Assembly: GCA_001662655.1 (NCBI GenBank)
Contig: KV460231.1
DNA length: 64,000 bases
Source of the DNA: Pseudogymnoascus verrucosus
Lineage: Eukaryota
Strand: one strand, 5' to 3'
Shown: piece after piece, positions 41,574-53,815 of the stretch
Layout of the letters: the number at the start of each line of letters is the position of its first letter
How positions within the stretch are numbered: position 1 is the stretch's first letter
Notes under the pieces: model-generated
Seen by the model: the letters and a program-made list of their open reading frames with translations, nothing else
What the model was told of the DNA's origin: nothing
The model's database searches: none
Translations under genes and position numbers: made by a program

Positions 41574-42987
41574 TACACCACACAGATAATTTGTACATGG
41601 CAGCAGCGACAGAGACCAGACATCCATCATCCTGTCGCTTGGACTCCACACACAGACCACCACAGACGACTTGACTGACTGACTCCACATCTCGTACGTC
41701 GTACAAAAAAGCGAAAAGAGCGGATCCCCGTTCCTGACCACGCGCCACGCTAGCCATTTAGTACAGTAAAGTCGGCACTTGTCCCACAAACGGTCTAGCG
41801 GCAGGGATCAAAGGGGACGGATGGACGGTAACTGTGGGAAGTGGGAGTGGAAAGGGAAAGGAGGAAAGGGAAGGGGAGGAGATGAGGGATGACGACGCTT
41901 GGACCCTCTCTCTCTCTTGGACCTCTCTCCCGGCCTTTCCCGCTTTGGCTTGGTGGGATCATAGCGTGAGAGGGTGGCTAGACTGGAAAAGGGATAGTGT
42001 TGGGTTAGAGTGGGATAGCGCGGTGGACTATCAGCAGGGACTTGCGCAAGGCGATGGAGAGGTGGAAGCGCAGTGGACGCACATTGCTTCTAGCGCACGT
42101 TGGTGGGATATGGCTGTTCTTGGTGCAGGTGGTTGGTGGAGGTTGGTGGAGGTTGGTTGGAGTACTTGTGCTTGAGGTGGTGGGTGGTGGGTGTATGGGT
42201 GCTGGGCGGTGGGTTGGGAGTTGGAAGGAGAGGTAAGTGGTGGGTGGGAGTGGGAGGTGGGAAGTGGGAGTGTCTGTCTGTGTCTGCTATGACTTTTGGG
42301 TAGAGGAGTGGCTGTTTAACGCACAGAGCTTGCGCACGGGCGTGGTACTATTGGGTGTGTAGATTACCTGGTACTTGTATGCGGTAGAGGGAGGGAGAGG
42401 GGAGATGGAAATGAGGGAGAGGAATGGAGAGGGATGGGAGTGAGAGGGAGAGGGAGGCGTGAAGGAAGTGAGATAGAGAGGAGGAGAGGGTCGGGAGTGA
42501 GGGTGTGAGTGAATCAATGAGTGAGTGAGTGATATAGCTATCGCAAGTACTCCCCCCATACGATTGCCGGTGAAACAGTACATTCTCTCGCCGTCCACCA
42601 CCCAGAATGTATGTGGATGTGTGTATGTGGATGTGTCTACCGAACCGTGTTTCCCCTCCGCTCCTTCCCATTGTGACACCCACCCCGTTCCGTTCCCGTT
42701 CCTTCTCTTGCCGTTAAACCCAGACTGACCCAGTTGAGTTGACCCAGACTGGCCCAATCTTTCCCTTCTAGACCGATGCACGACGGGATATATACATATA
42801 TACTATCGTCTTATTACTGGGGGGATAGACTCACTATTATCGTACATCCATCTGTCGGCAGTGTGTGGTCTCGGTAGTTACGAGATGGGCAGCTTTCTTT
42901 CTTCTGTCTATACAGGTCTATACATACAGTATATACATACAGTACTGTATGCTATGCATAATAGGTGATCGGACTATAGCACTACAA

Positions 42988-43033
42988 CTGTATGCTGTAT
43001 GCTGTATGCTGTATGCTGTATGCTGTATGCTGT
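42988..43033 (+). repeat. Heptamer microsatellite (CTGTATG)n, about 6 copies
   Basis: Directly visible. Confidence 0.9.
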
Positions 43034-44849
43034 GTGTACATGGGATGCTTTGCTTCGTCAAATGCCTCTCCTCTCCTCTCTGTCCTGTCCCTCCCCCCTT
43101 GGCTGACCTGACTCCCTGGTTGACATCACCCTGATCGAGTCTGAGGTGAGTGTGGGAGTGACTGCCCTGCCTGTCCCCATCTATCCCCGTCCATCGCCTG
43201 TCTCGTCGCTTGTCGCTTGTCTCGCCCTCCCTATTTCTATTTTCTATTTTCTATTTTCCCCTTCTGAAAATGTTGATGTCTCTTGTTGGTTTCCGGTCTT
43301 ACCTGGTTACCACTCCCTTGCCTGGTCACTGCCTGGTCACTGCCTGGCCACTTTCTCCCCCCCATGCCCTCTCTTCCCTGCCATCTGTCCCTTGCCATCT
43401 CTTCCCTGCCACTTCCCGTTTCCTTCATCACTTGGCATGTGCTATGTACTCCTCCGTACAAACTCTGTGCCTGATCCTACGAACCTGCGAACCTGTCATC
43501 CCACATTCCCACGCATGTATGTTGTCTCCACATCCTCATCGTTCGCGATCTGTTTTGTCTCACTCGACCTTATCTCGCACACCTATACATCCACTTCCAC
43601 TTCCACTAACCAGTATCCAATACTCCGTCCAAGACTCCATCCTAGACTCCATCCAATACTCTATACAACATGCACTATTGTGCTCACTAACCTCTCTCTA
43701 CTCCCCCTACCCCCTCCCCTCACACCCATTCACGACCGTTAACTGAGGTATATTAACTCTGCCATATACACCCACTCCCCATACTAATTCCCATACTACG
43801 CACTATAGTCGCAATGTCCTCACCCACTAATACTGTATGCTTACTCTCTGTACCTTACTCTTACTCTCTATCCCTACTGCGCTGTACACATCCCTCCCTC
43901 CACCCTCCTCCCCAACTCCACCACCGTTGAACTGAGGTATCACCCCGACCCTTACTACAGAACCCTTACTACAGGACCCTTACCAGAACCCTTACCACCT
44001 TAACCACTCTTAACCACCTTTTCACCTCACAAAAAACCCCTACGAGAACCCCCGAAACCCCGAAACTCGCAGGAATTCCCTTCAAGAAACATAAAACACT
44101 ACCCTTACGCACACAACTTATGCACAAACACTGATACCCTTTACTCTCTCTTACTCACTCGCCCTCCATCCACCCGCTCCGCCGTCCATTCCTCCATCTT
44201 CAATCTCCATCGCCCCTTGTTCCTTGCTCCTTGCTCCTCTCCGCCGCCGCCGCCCCATTCTACAATCTACAATATCTCCACTCTCCAAAAAAAAAACGCG
44301 ACATCCACTCCTACCTCCCCCCCCCACCTGTCCAATCATCCGCCCACCCAACCACCGTCTTCGCCGAATGCTCGGCCGCACCCCACTTCCGCCCATCCCT
44401 TCTCAATCCATCCCAACTCTCCGTTCAACCTTCGTCACTATCCCCCCAATTCATCCCCGAATGCACCACTATACTTTGCTATAGTCCTCCGAATTCTCCA
44501 TACTCAATACCCTAAAACATCCCCCCTCGTTCCTCTCATTCTCAAACGCTCGCTGTCTACCATCCCCACACACCGAACGATCTGCCTCTCGGTCGCTCTT
44601 GCTCAACACGGACCTGCTCCCCGTACGCCGGCCTAGAGCCATCTCCCTCTCGCAGAGCCACAGCTAAGAAACAACTAAAAAATCACCCCCCTCCCCCCCC
44701 GGCAGGGTTCCGTCGACTCCGCCGCCGATCGCTGTCCCTCCTGAACCCCTTCGCTCGTGTGTGGAACGCACCAAAAAAAGCGCCGTGGAGAGCGCCGTGC
44801 GTTGGGTGCACATACCACAGCAGCTCGCTCGCACTCAGAACACACGTCC

Positions 44850-47800
44850 ATGTCGAATCATCCCGCCATCTTGTCGCCGCTCGCCCTCGCTCGACTCCCC
44901 AACTACCAGAACGACCCGGCCGTCGCTCCCTCTTCATCATCCAAGGAAAAGAAGGACGATAGCGATCACGTCTCGCGCCAATTGGTCAATCTCGGTCTGC
45001 TCAGTCCTAAACACGTCGTCGCCAGAGAAAGGATCGTCCGGGGGCCTGGCGCCGCTGAGGCCTACCCAAAGAAGAGTTAGTACCCTTTTTTGAGTTTACC
45101 ATCTTGGCTGCTCTCTAGCAGAATCACTCGTCACCCGCAAGACGAGATCACTGCTACATCCCCTCAACTACTACTATCACTCTCTCAACCTGCAATTGAA
45201 CCACCCCCAGCGACGCGCGCGTACCAATTCTTTTTGCGCTTTTTGCGAAGACACGCTAAAAAACCTGCTCACCTCCAGATACCTCCGTGACAGCGAGGAC
45301 AGCGCCCGCTCTGCGCCCCCGCAGGTCGGCGTCGCTCGATACGAGCCCCTCGGAGAAGAGCGGCAGCAGCAGCAGCAACTCCCGCGCGAACAATTCGACG
45401 ACCACCCTGTCCCGAGGCGCCATGACGGGCATGCTAGATACAGACCGGAGCCGCACGCGGCGGGAGCGGACGTTTGTGGGGAGCGAGTGCGCCGTATGCG
45501 AGGAGCCGCTGGAGCACACCCTGCGCGGTGAGCGCATCCTGCAGTTCTCCTGCGGCCACGTCTCCCACGGCGCCTGCTTCTACGAGTACATGAAGGAGTT
45601 CGACTCGCGGTATTGCCCGACCTGCAATGCGCCCCTCGGCCTCGACACGAGCCGTGGCGGAAACGTCTTAGATATTGGTAAGGGTTTCGATCACGGTTTG
45701 TTCGCCTTGCCACCTGCTGATATTGGTTCGTTGCGTGCAGAAAAGCTAAGTAGTATGGTGCGCTCAGTCTCTGTCAGCGAACGCGGCTCTGCCACCCCGA
45801 CCCCGACACCATGGGACAGCCAGACGGTGCGTCCACCAAGCTACGAATCCGGCGCCCGGCCGAACCACGACCGCGAGCGCGATTCCCAGTCACGGAATGG
45901 GCGGGAGAGCGCCTCTGGGCACCGAGACAGCGGACGAGATCGGGATGGACGTGACAGGGAACGTGACCGAGACGGCAGGGAACGAGAGCGATATCCCTCG
46001 TCGAACGGCGCCCACCGCCGATCAGATAGCGAGGCGACAGGATCGAATGGATACCCCGAGACGACATCACAGAGCGTCGCCCCTTCACGGCGCCATGACT
46101 ACGACGTCCAGTCCATGGATACCGGCGTCACCAGCCCGCGCTCCAGCCGCAACCCTATCCCCCCTCCCCTCGTCTCAATCCGCTCCGAGTTCCCCACCCT
46201 CAACCGCTCGCGCGCCCAGCAGACCCTCGCCTGCCTCATCACCATCGAGGTGCCGGATAATAACTGGAGGCCGGATCCGGAGGATGTGCGCATACCGCCG
46301 ATGCCCAAGCTGCGCGAGGAGGAGCGCTATGCAAGGCCGCCATCGCCTGTGAAGACGGTGCCGCGCTTCTACCCGTACGAGTCGCCGGAGGTGCTGGAGG
46401 AGATGACCGAGAGCCTGCGGAGTCGCGTGGAGAACTGGCACAGTCTAGACTTTTCAAGGTGAGCAAGGAAGCACGGATTTTGATATGGGCAGTATGCTAA
46501 TAATACAGGTTTGGCAAATTACGATTATACGGGACGATACGCGTAGGGAAGGATAAAGTGCAGTGGCAGGAGCTGGAATGCTATCTCTTCTCAGAGATGC
46601 TCATCTGCGTCAAGGAGAAGAAGGCTACACCCCTGCAGCAATGGAGCGACGAAGGGAATGGGAGGAAGACGAGCAGGTGCACGCTCAAGGGCTCTATCCT
46701 CATCCGGAAGCACCTGAACGGCGTCACGCAGACAGCAGCGGGCGACACCCTGGGCATGACCCAGCGCATCACATCATCAAATCTCACCCCGGCGTCGAAT
46801 CCCAGGCCGCTCGAGGAGAACACCCTCACCCTCAGCCTCTCAGTCGCCGAGCTTCCGCAATTCCACCTCCAGTTCGACAACCTCACCCAGCTCCGCATGT
46901 GGCAGCAGGCGCTACAGGACCTCCACTCCCCAGAGGCGCCGTCCACAAATGGCGGTGATTACGACCACGATGCTGCATCTGAGGCAGAGGAGGACGACTG
47001 GCGCAGGACGCTTCCGAGCTCAAAGCGCGACTCCTCCCTACACTCGTCTTCGTATGCGGGCAGATCTGCTACAACCGCGCCCACTGAGTACACCCACCGC
47101 TCCGTGCGCCTTCCCGACCCAGTCCACATTCCAGTTGACATCGTGGTCGTGGTCCCCGTCTCGTCCTCCATGCAGGGCGTCAAGATCTCTCTTGTGCGCG
47201 ACGCACTCAACTACATGGTCCAGAACCTGGGTGAGCGGGACCGCATGGGTCTCGTGACCTTTGGCTCGGGCGGTGGCGGTGTGCCGTTGGTGGGTATGAC
47301 GACGAAGACATGGAGCGGATGGTCGAATGTCCTCTCCCAGATCAAGCCGGTGGGCCAGAAGCTGCACCGCGCCGATGTGGTGGAAGGCGCAAACGTCGCA
47401 ATGGATCTTCTAATGCAACGGAAGAATAACAACCCCATCGCCACGATCCTGCTCATCAGCGACGCGTCGACGTCGGATACGGATAGCGTGGATTTCGTGG
47501 CATCCCGCGCAGAGGCAGCCAAGTAAGTGCCCAGAGAATCAAAAATGTGATCACCCATACTAATTACCCCTTAGAATCGCAATCCACTCCTTCGGCCTCG
47601 GCATGACACACAAGCCGGATACCATGATCGAGCTGTCTACGCGCACCAAGGCGCAGTACACGTACGTGAAGGATTGGATGATGCTCCGCGAGTGCCTCGC
47701 AGGATGTCTCGGCTCCCTCCAGACCACCTCGCATCAAAACGTCAAGCTGCGCCTCCGCCTGCCTGAGGGCTCCCCGGCGAAATTCGTCAAGATTAGCGGC

Positions 47801-48814
47801 GCCCTTTCCGTAACCCGCCGCGCATCGGGCCGTGATGCAGAGGCCTGCCTTGGTGATCTCCGCTTCGGCGACAAGCGCGACGTCCTCGTCCAGCTCGTCA
47901 TCACCCCTGACGCCGCGTCACCTGACCACTCTCCATCCGACCCATGGGAGACGATAATGTCGAACCTCGAGGCGCTCTCCGGGCCGCTCGAGGACGCATC
48001 CCCGCGCGCCCTCTCTGTCGAGGAGGTCCCGCTCATCCAAGCCGACCTCACGTGGGGTGATCTATTACGTCCCAACACCACCACACACCTCCCCCGCCCT
48101 TCATTACTGGCAATCACCATGCTACCTCCATCGAAGAAATCGGCATCACCACCGACCCCACCCATCCCGCCTCACCCCTCTGTCGTCCAGCGCCGCATGG
48201 AGCTCCTCACAGCAGACATGCTCACCCGCGCCCTCTCCCTCGTCGCCCGCGCCCAGCACGATCGCGCCGCTCACCTCCTCACCGAGACGCGCTCTATCCT
48301 CAAGGGCCTCGCCAAGGGTGGCCTTCCACCCATTCCGCCGCCACCTCCTACCGGCGCACTGCCCCTCCTCCCATTACCGGGACAGGGCAGGAGTAGCAGG
48401 ATCCAGGAAGGGAAGTCCTCTCCGCCTTCCCTGTCGCCGACTGCATCCATCGCGCACCTCCCACCGATGCAACCACCGCCCTCGGCAGCTCTGCCAACCC
48501 CGCGCGAACGCGATCAAAGCGTCGGTCCTGCGACGGCGGCGGGTATTGACCCAGCTGTCGTGGCGGCGCTTGATGCGGAGCTGGAGGGTAGTCTGGAGTG
48601 GATCCATCACCCTGCTGTGTTTGGACGGGATAGCCGCAAGGCGGTCCTGCAGGCTGTGGGTGTGATTGGCAGCCAGCGCGCGTGGACTACGCGGAGCGCG
48701 GTGGAGTCTATGTGGGCGAGAAGGGTGGGGGGTGTGAGGAGGGGGTTGCAGGCTTGTAGGAATTGGGGGGATGGAGGGGGGGAGGGGTTGGAGGGGGTTA
48801 GGGAGGAGAGTTGA
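44850..48814 (+). CDS. FAR1: RING-H2 / PH-like / vWA scaffold protein (Far1/Ste5 family)
   Basis: 'CAVCEEPL...CGHVSHGAC...CPTC' RING-H2, 'WQELECYLFSEMLICVKEK' PH-like region, 'DIVVVVPVSSSMQG' vWA. Predicted introns 45076-45278, 45678-45740, ~46459-46509 and ~47524-47574. Confidence 0.85.
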
Positions 48815-49616
48815 GAGGGCGGTTTTTTTTGGGGTGTGTGCGAGTTGTTTGATTGTGGGGAGTTGGGAGTCAAGGGAGGAGATGGAGCATGGGCAATGCG
48901 GATGAGGGTCAGATGAATTTATTTGGATATGGATATGGAGGATGAATTGGGATGCGATGCGATGAACGGATTTTTTTGGAAAAGCCCTGTACGAGACGCG
49001 AGACGCGAGTGGATCTTTGGAGGGAATGGAATGGATCGATTGGATTGAAGCGGGGTTGGGAGAGGTATGGCACGAGGGAAGACGATTGAATTCTCATCAC
49101 CCCCGTTCCCTCACGCACGCCAGTTGTTTGGTTTTAGTTGGCCGACGGGAGGGAGGCATACACGGATATCCCCCATCTGGCGAGCGCTTTTTGTTCACTC
49201 GGCACGTCGACATATCGAGTTCTGTTTCTGCTGCTTTTTTTATTTCTGATATTTTTTGTTGATCTTGGCGATCTAATCTATATCTGAGCGAGCGAGCAAG
49301 TCGATCAAAGCAGAGCAGGCAGGATGGATGTGCGGGATAGGGATAGGGATGGGGATAGGATGGGATGGGGTGAGATGAGGTTGGATGTGGGATGGGGGGC
49401 TTTTTTGGTTGCTTTAGAGAGAGAGAGTGGGAAAGAAAGAAGGAAAGAAGGAAAGGAACACTTACAGTAGTTTAGCTTATACTATACCCCCCTTTTTTTG
49501 GTTTCTTGAGCGGGAATTCGTTTTAGCAAATGCTCAATTTTTGGTCTTGGGTTTTTTGCTTGCTTGCATGACTTTTGGTGTTGTTTTTGATTCTGATTTT
49601 TTGTGGCTATGTTGTA

Positions 49617-50128
49617 ACGTCTGTTCCTGAGTGGCGAAAAAACCGCCGTGCCGAAAAAAATGATAGGTACTTTCACTTTGGGCATCTCAAATTCTACGCG
49701 TTTATTAATATCTCTTTACATTTTTCCATTAATGGTATTCTACAGCTACTCCTGAGCCCCCTAGACTGCTCCTTCAAGAAAATTATGTTTGCATTGCCAC
49801 CCTCACGCCTGATTTATAAAGGGTCTGCTTTTATTACAAAACAGACTTCCTCTACCACAGCTCTACCATTGACCTCTTATTATTTCCAGAACATATAGAG
49901 GGATTGTAGCTGAGCTCTATTGTCCCACAATCAAGCGGGAGATCGTCAGCAGCCTTGTAGTAGCAGTGCGGGGGAAATTCATGTATGGTTGCCATGGAAA
50001 TCAATACTTCAAGTCAAAGCCTCTAACGATTGTTTTGGTTGGTGTCTAATGACCCCCACATTGTATGAAGTAGGCTCGCTTATGTCATCATGTGCAAGGC
50101 TGTGTGGCTGTTTTTTTTACCCACGTGA
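49617..50128 (+). repeat. Left terminal inverted repeat (~510 bp)
   Basis: Reverse complement of 53309-53815. The outer ~79 bp differ at about 6 positions and the inner part is more diverged. Confidence 0.92.
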
Positions 50129-50231
50129 TAAGTCGCTTCATAGGAGAACAAGGTTACCGTAGAGACCTGCAACACATTCTGCAAGGACATAGGGGTTCCT
50201 GTCTGTACGCCTCCACAAACCGTCCCATTTC

Positions 50232-51942
50232 CTAGCTGCAAACCAACAACTCTTCATCATTAGTCACAGCACTGTTGCTTTTCGTTCTCCACGCCTTTTG
50301 CACCCGGATACCCTGCTCGAGTCTTTCTTTTGCCCCGCCGTCCTCGCTCTGCAGCTCGTATCCCCTGGAACCCACTCCCAGCTTGCTTGCCAACTTTGAA
50401 TTCCTTGCTTGGGCCCATCCTTGATTCTGAGTGTTCTTGCATTCGTTGTTGCTACTTGGGAACACCGAGGGAAAGAACCTAACAAACAGAGGCCGAAGAC
50501 ACATCAGGCTGGCACAGATAACTGCCACATAATCTTCGAGCACACTCCATAAAATCATATCAACGGCGTTGTCTATTGAACGGGTTAGCATTCTTGGCTA
50601 ATTCGCTTCACGAATGAATGTAGCTTACATGATACATCAACAGAATTGCTATAGGCGACGAGACATTTGACTCGGATCATACTGGTGATACATGCGCTAT
50701 AATACCAACATTAGCAAAAGCGCGACGATAGGCGCGGGATGAGTGAACTTACAAAGATCCAAGAGAAAACAGAAATATCAGAGCGACCTTCTTCTTGAAG
50801 TTCAAACTCAAGTCCTTCAGCTCCCAGATAGGGAGCAACATAATGACAAAGTCCTCGAAAATGCTGAACCCAGCAACCGTATAGGCGAACACCTCAGAGT
50901 TAGCGCACTTTCCATGTATTGAGTGATCCCAGACCGATTTGACAGGCAAGCATTGAAATGCTACGACTATCACAAACGCGAAAGTCTGGCCAACCATCCA
51001 TGCTGTCGATATCTTTACAACAAGGCGGAATTTCTGGCTAGGAAAAACGCGGAGGAAGAGCAAGAGGATGGAAATTTTCGCTAGGGCTTGTACGACAAAG
51101 TATAATATCTGCGAGATGTAATAGAGCTATTCCAGTCAGTAAGTGTTGGCAAAGGAGAATGCCCTCGGGATGGTACCTTTCCGAGCATCTCTAAATTTTG
51201 AGGTGGGACGTCCCAGAAGTGTTCCCCGAGGCCGCGTGTAGCATCTAAAACACGTCAGTCTCCTAGTATAGCGAGTGTCGTATCAACGAGGCTCTTACTC
51301 AATATCGGAATGATTGTCATCGGAATCATGAGGATCTGTTTGGAATTGTCAATAGCTGTACTACCAAGGCTACGCTGTGATGGAGACTCACAGCTGCAAA
51401 TACAATAGCCCAATCATCCCACCACAACTTGCTCGTTACAAGAGCCCGCGAATAAAACCTCAGCCCGACTATCACGAAGGTAAAGGCTGAGATAATGATA
51501 ACATCTCGTATAATTTCGGCGCTTCGTGATTGTTTCGGGACATCCTTGCAAATTTCAGTTTGAAGGAGGGTCGTAGATTCTGTGTCAATGTTAGGTTCGA
51601 AGCTCAGCAGCTAGCAAATATGCCTGTGGAAGATCAAGAGAACATACTGAATTGGTCGGCGACGCCGCATGAGCCTACTATGCAGAGAGCAAATGTTGAC
51701 TGTAAGGTGGTATTTGTGCAGAGACAGTTTGCTAGGTCTGTCAATGGGCATTGTGCTGGCACCAGCACTTTGACGCCGCATTCTTGCTATAGAGCGCGTA
51801 AATTAACAATTGCCGAGACACAAATCAGGCTGGGACTTACAGTGCATGCGGGGATCTGAGCAAGGACTGATGCAGGATTAGTCTGTGCGAGAACACCAGC
51901 GACTAGAACGGCAACAGGCGCAAATAAATTAAGAACGCGCAT
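50232..51942 (-). CDS. CFEM-domain Pth11-like integral membrane receptor (rhodopsin-like GPCR)
   Basis: Signal peptide, CFEM ('IPACT|QECG...CPLTDLANCLCTN...CIVGSC'), 'LRFYSR...WWDDW', 'GLGEHFWD', 'AKISILLLFLRVF', 'FQCLPV', 'ICASL'. Seven introns that all splice in frame. Confidence 0.92.
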
Positions 51943-52169
51943 GGTGCAATAGATAATGTGATGCTTTAGAGAGATAGGGACAAGCATTCTTTATATAATT
52001 CCCACGTCCATGCCTTTTCTGCAAAGTTGACCGTGGGCACACTTATTAGTAGTGGTACGGGCAGGACCTGAAGCGCTACGAATAATTTAGTACTATGGTA
52101 GGAGGCGTAAGTAATGTGAGAAGTGGCTGCACAGACAGGACTACAACAGGAATAGACACGTGCCGCTTT

Positions 52170-52553
52170 GGTTAGAACTAGGTGGTTTCAACTATTTGGA
52201 CCGAAGTGAACGGCATCGAGACGCACTGTTGCGGACTAAATAACAGCGTATTTTCAAGAAAAATCAAATATAATTAACTGCAGGAGTATATATAAGCATT
52301 ATGGGAAGTAGGTAGGCGTTTAGTCCGCTTTAATAGCTCAACTATGAACCAAGATAGCTATTGTTCTGTTAGTATAAATGGATTACTCGCAAAATATTAA
52401 AGCAGCAGCAAGTTTGTGTTAGCCTGTGCAGGTCCCACTCACATTACTTATGCGCCCTACCATAGTAGGGACACACGGAGGCTAGGTTAGAACTAGGCGG
52501 TTTCAACTATTTGGACCGAAGTGAACGGCATCGAGACGCACTGTTGCGGACTA
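52170..52553 (+). repeat. 69-bp direct repeat (52170-52238 and 52485-52553)
   Basis: GGTTAGAACTAGG(T/C)GGTTTCAACTATTTGGACCGAAGTGAACGGCATCGAGACGCACTGTTGCGGACTA; one mismatch between copies. Confidence 0.95.
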
Positions 52554-53308
52554 CTGCGGGCCATTAGCGGCACGGTCCCTCCAAGACATGCGATGTGCCG
52601 CTCTTGGTGGTGGGATTGTGGCAGAAAAGGGTGGGGAAGGGTGTTAGGGAATTGATGGCCCCATTTTTTGTCCTGTAGCGCCACGTGTGCATGGGCGCGA
52701 TAGGGGGGAACTGAAGGATTAAGGGCAAAGATAGACATATTAGTGAAAACAGTGGATATTCAGATTCTCGAAATTCTCGAAATCTCTCGAAAAGGTCTTT
52801 TGGGCCGAGCTGTGTGCTCTACTCTAAGCGGTTGTTAGCTCTAGTTACCCGTCTCTGGGGAACTCGACTATTACCCCTCTCTAAAACAAAATGTGCTACC
52901 CCTTTTATGCGCAATTAGTCGAGTTGGGTGTCGCGTGTTATCGGTGGGTGGTGGAGTACAGTACAGCGCCATAAGTATTCATACGGGTCTGTGCTTAAAT
53001 TGCAGTAAACGAGTTGTCGTTTTGTATGGGAAAGGTCTGTGCTTTTTTCGCATTCAATGCCTCGTAGGGTATAGGCAGTAATTGAGGGAAAAGCACAGAC
53101 CTTTTCCATGGAAAAGGTCTGTGAGAAAGGTCTGTGCACAAATTGCAGTAAACGAGAGTCCTTTGAGAGCCAAGAGAATCATTGAGATCCAGGTGTGAAA
53201 CTCCTTCATGGCGTAAAGCTTTCACGTGATGCGGCCGCTCGAATGCATGATTCCTCATGCATTCAACCGCTGCTGCCTTAGTGTGCCCCATATCACGCCT
53301 AAGGTCTG

Positions 53309-53815
53309 TCACGTGGGTAAAAACCACGCAGCCTTGCCACACAATGACATAAGCGAGCTAACATTGTGAGACGTGGGGGTCAGGTTACACTAACCGAAAC
53401 CACTGGTCGCTTTGACTTCAGGTATTAATTTCCATAGCAACTATACGTACATGAATTTGCCCCGCACTTCCACCACATGGCTGATGACGATCTCCCGTTT
53501 AGCTGTGAGGGTTTAAGAGCTCGGGACAATCCCTTCATATGTTCTAGGAATTGTAAGAGCTCAATGGTGGAGCTATGGTGGGGGAAGTCTGTTTCGCAAC
53601 AAATGCCTACCCTCTGCAAATCAGGCGCGACAGTGGCAACGCAAACATAATTTTCCTAGCGGAGCGGTCTGGGGTGCTTAGGAGTAGCTATAGAATACGA
53701 TTTATGCAGTAATGTAAGAGATATTGATAAGTGTGCAGAATTTGAGATGCCCAAAGTCAAAGTACCTCTTATTTTTTTTGGCACGGTGGTTTTTTCGCCA
53801 CTCAGGGACAGACGT
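53309..53815 (-). repeat. Right terminal inverted repeat (~510 bp)
   Basis: Inverted copy of 49617-50128, ending in GACAGACGT followed by TA. Confidence 0.92.

Larger units (their letters stand above)
49617..53815. mobile_element. Non-autonomous DNA transposon with long TIRs (Tc1/mariner, Fot1/pogo-type ends) carrying a CFEM-Pth11 cargo gene
   Basis: Ends read TA|ACGTCTGT...ACAGACGT|TA. Inverted homology between ~49617-50128 and ~53309-53815. No transposase ORF inside. Confidence 0.88.

Noticed and set aside
43950..44020. ACCCTTA/CCTTAACC repeats resembling telomere seeds
   Set aside because: Not a true (CCCTAA)n array; short and degenerate.
36000..44800. Repeat-containing ORFs (e.g. GWCPGWCP, MRCIGAMRCIGA) as possible RiPP precursors for the UstYa gene
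   Set aside because: No signal peptide or Kex2 KR sites. They are translations of minisatellites.
52170..52553. Direct repeats read as a CRISPR array or LTR pair
   Set aside because: Eukaryotic DNA, only two 69-bp copies, no TG...CA ends and no retroelement coding sequence.
49617..53815. Starship-type giant element
   Set aside because: Only 4.2 kb, no tyrosine recombinase (captain) gene, and the ends are symmetric ACGT/TA.
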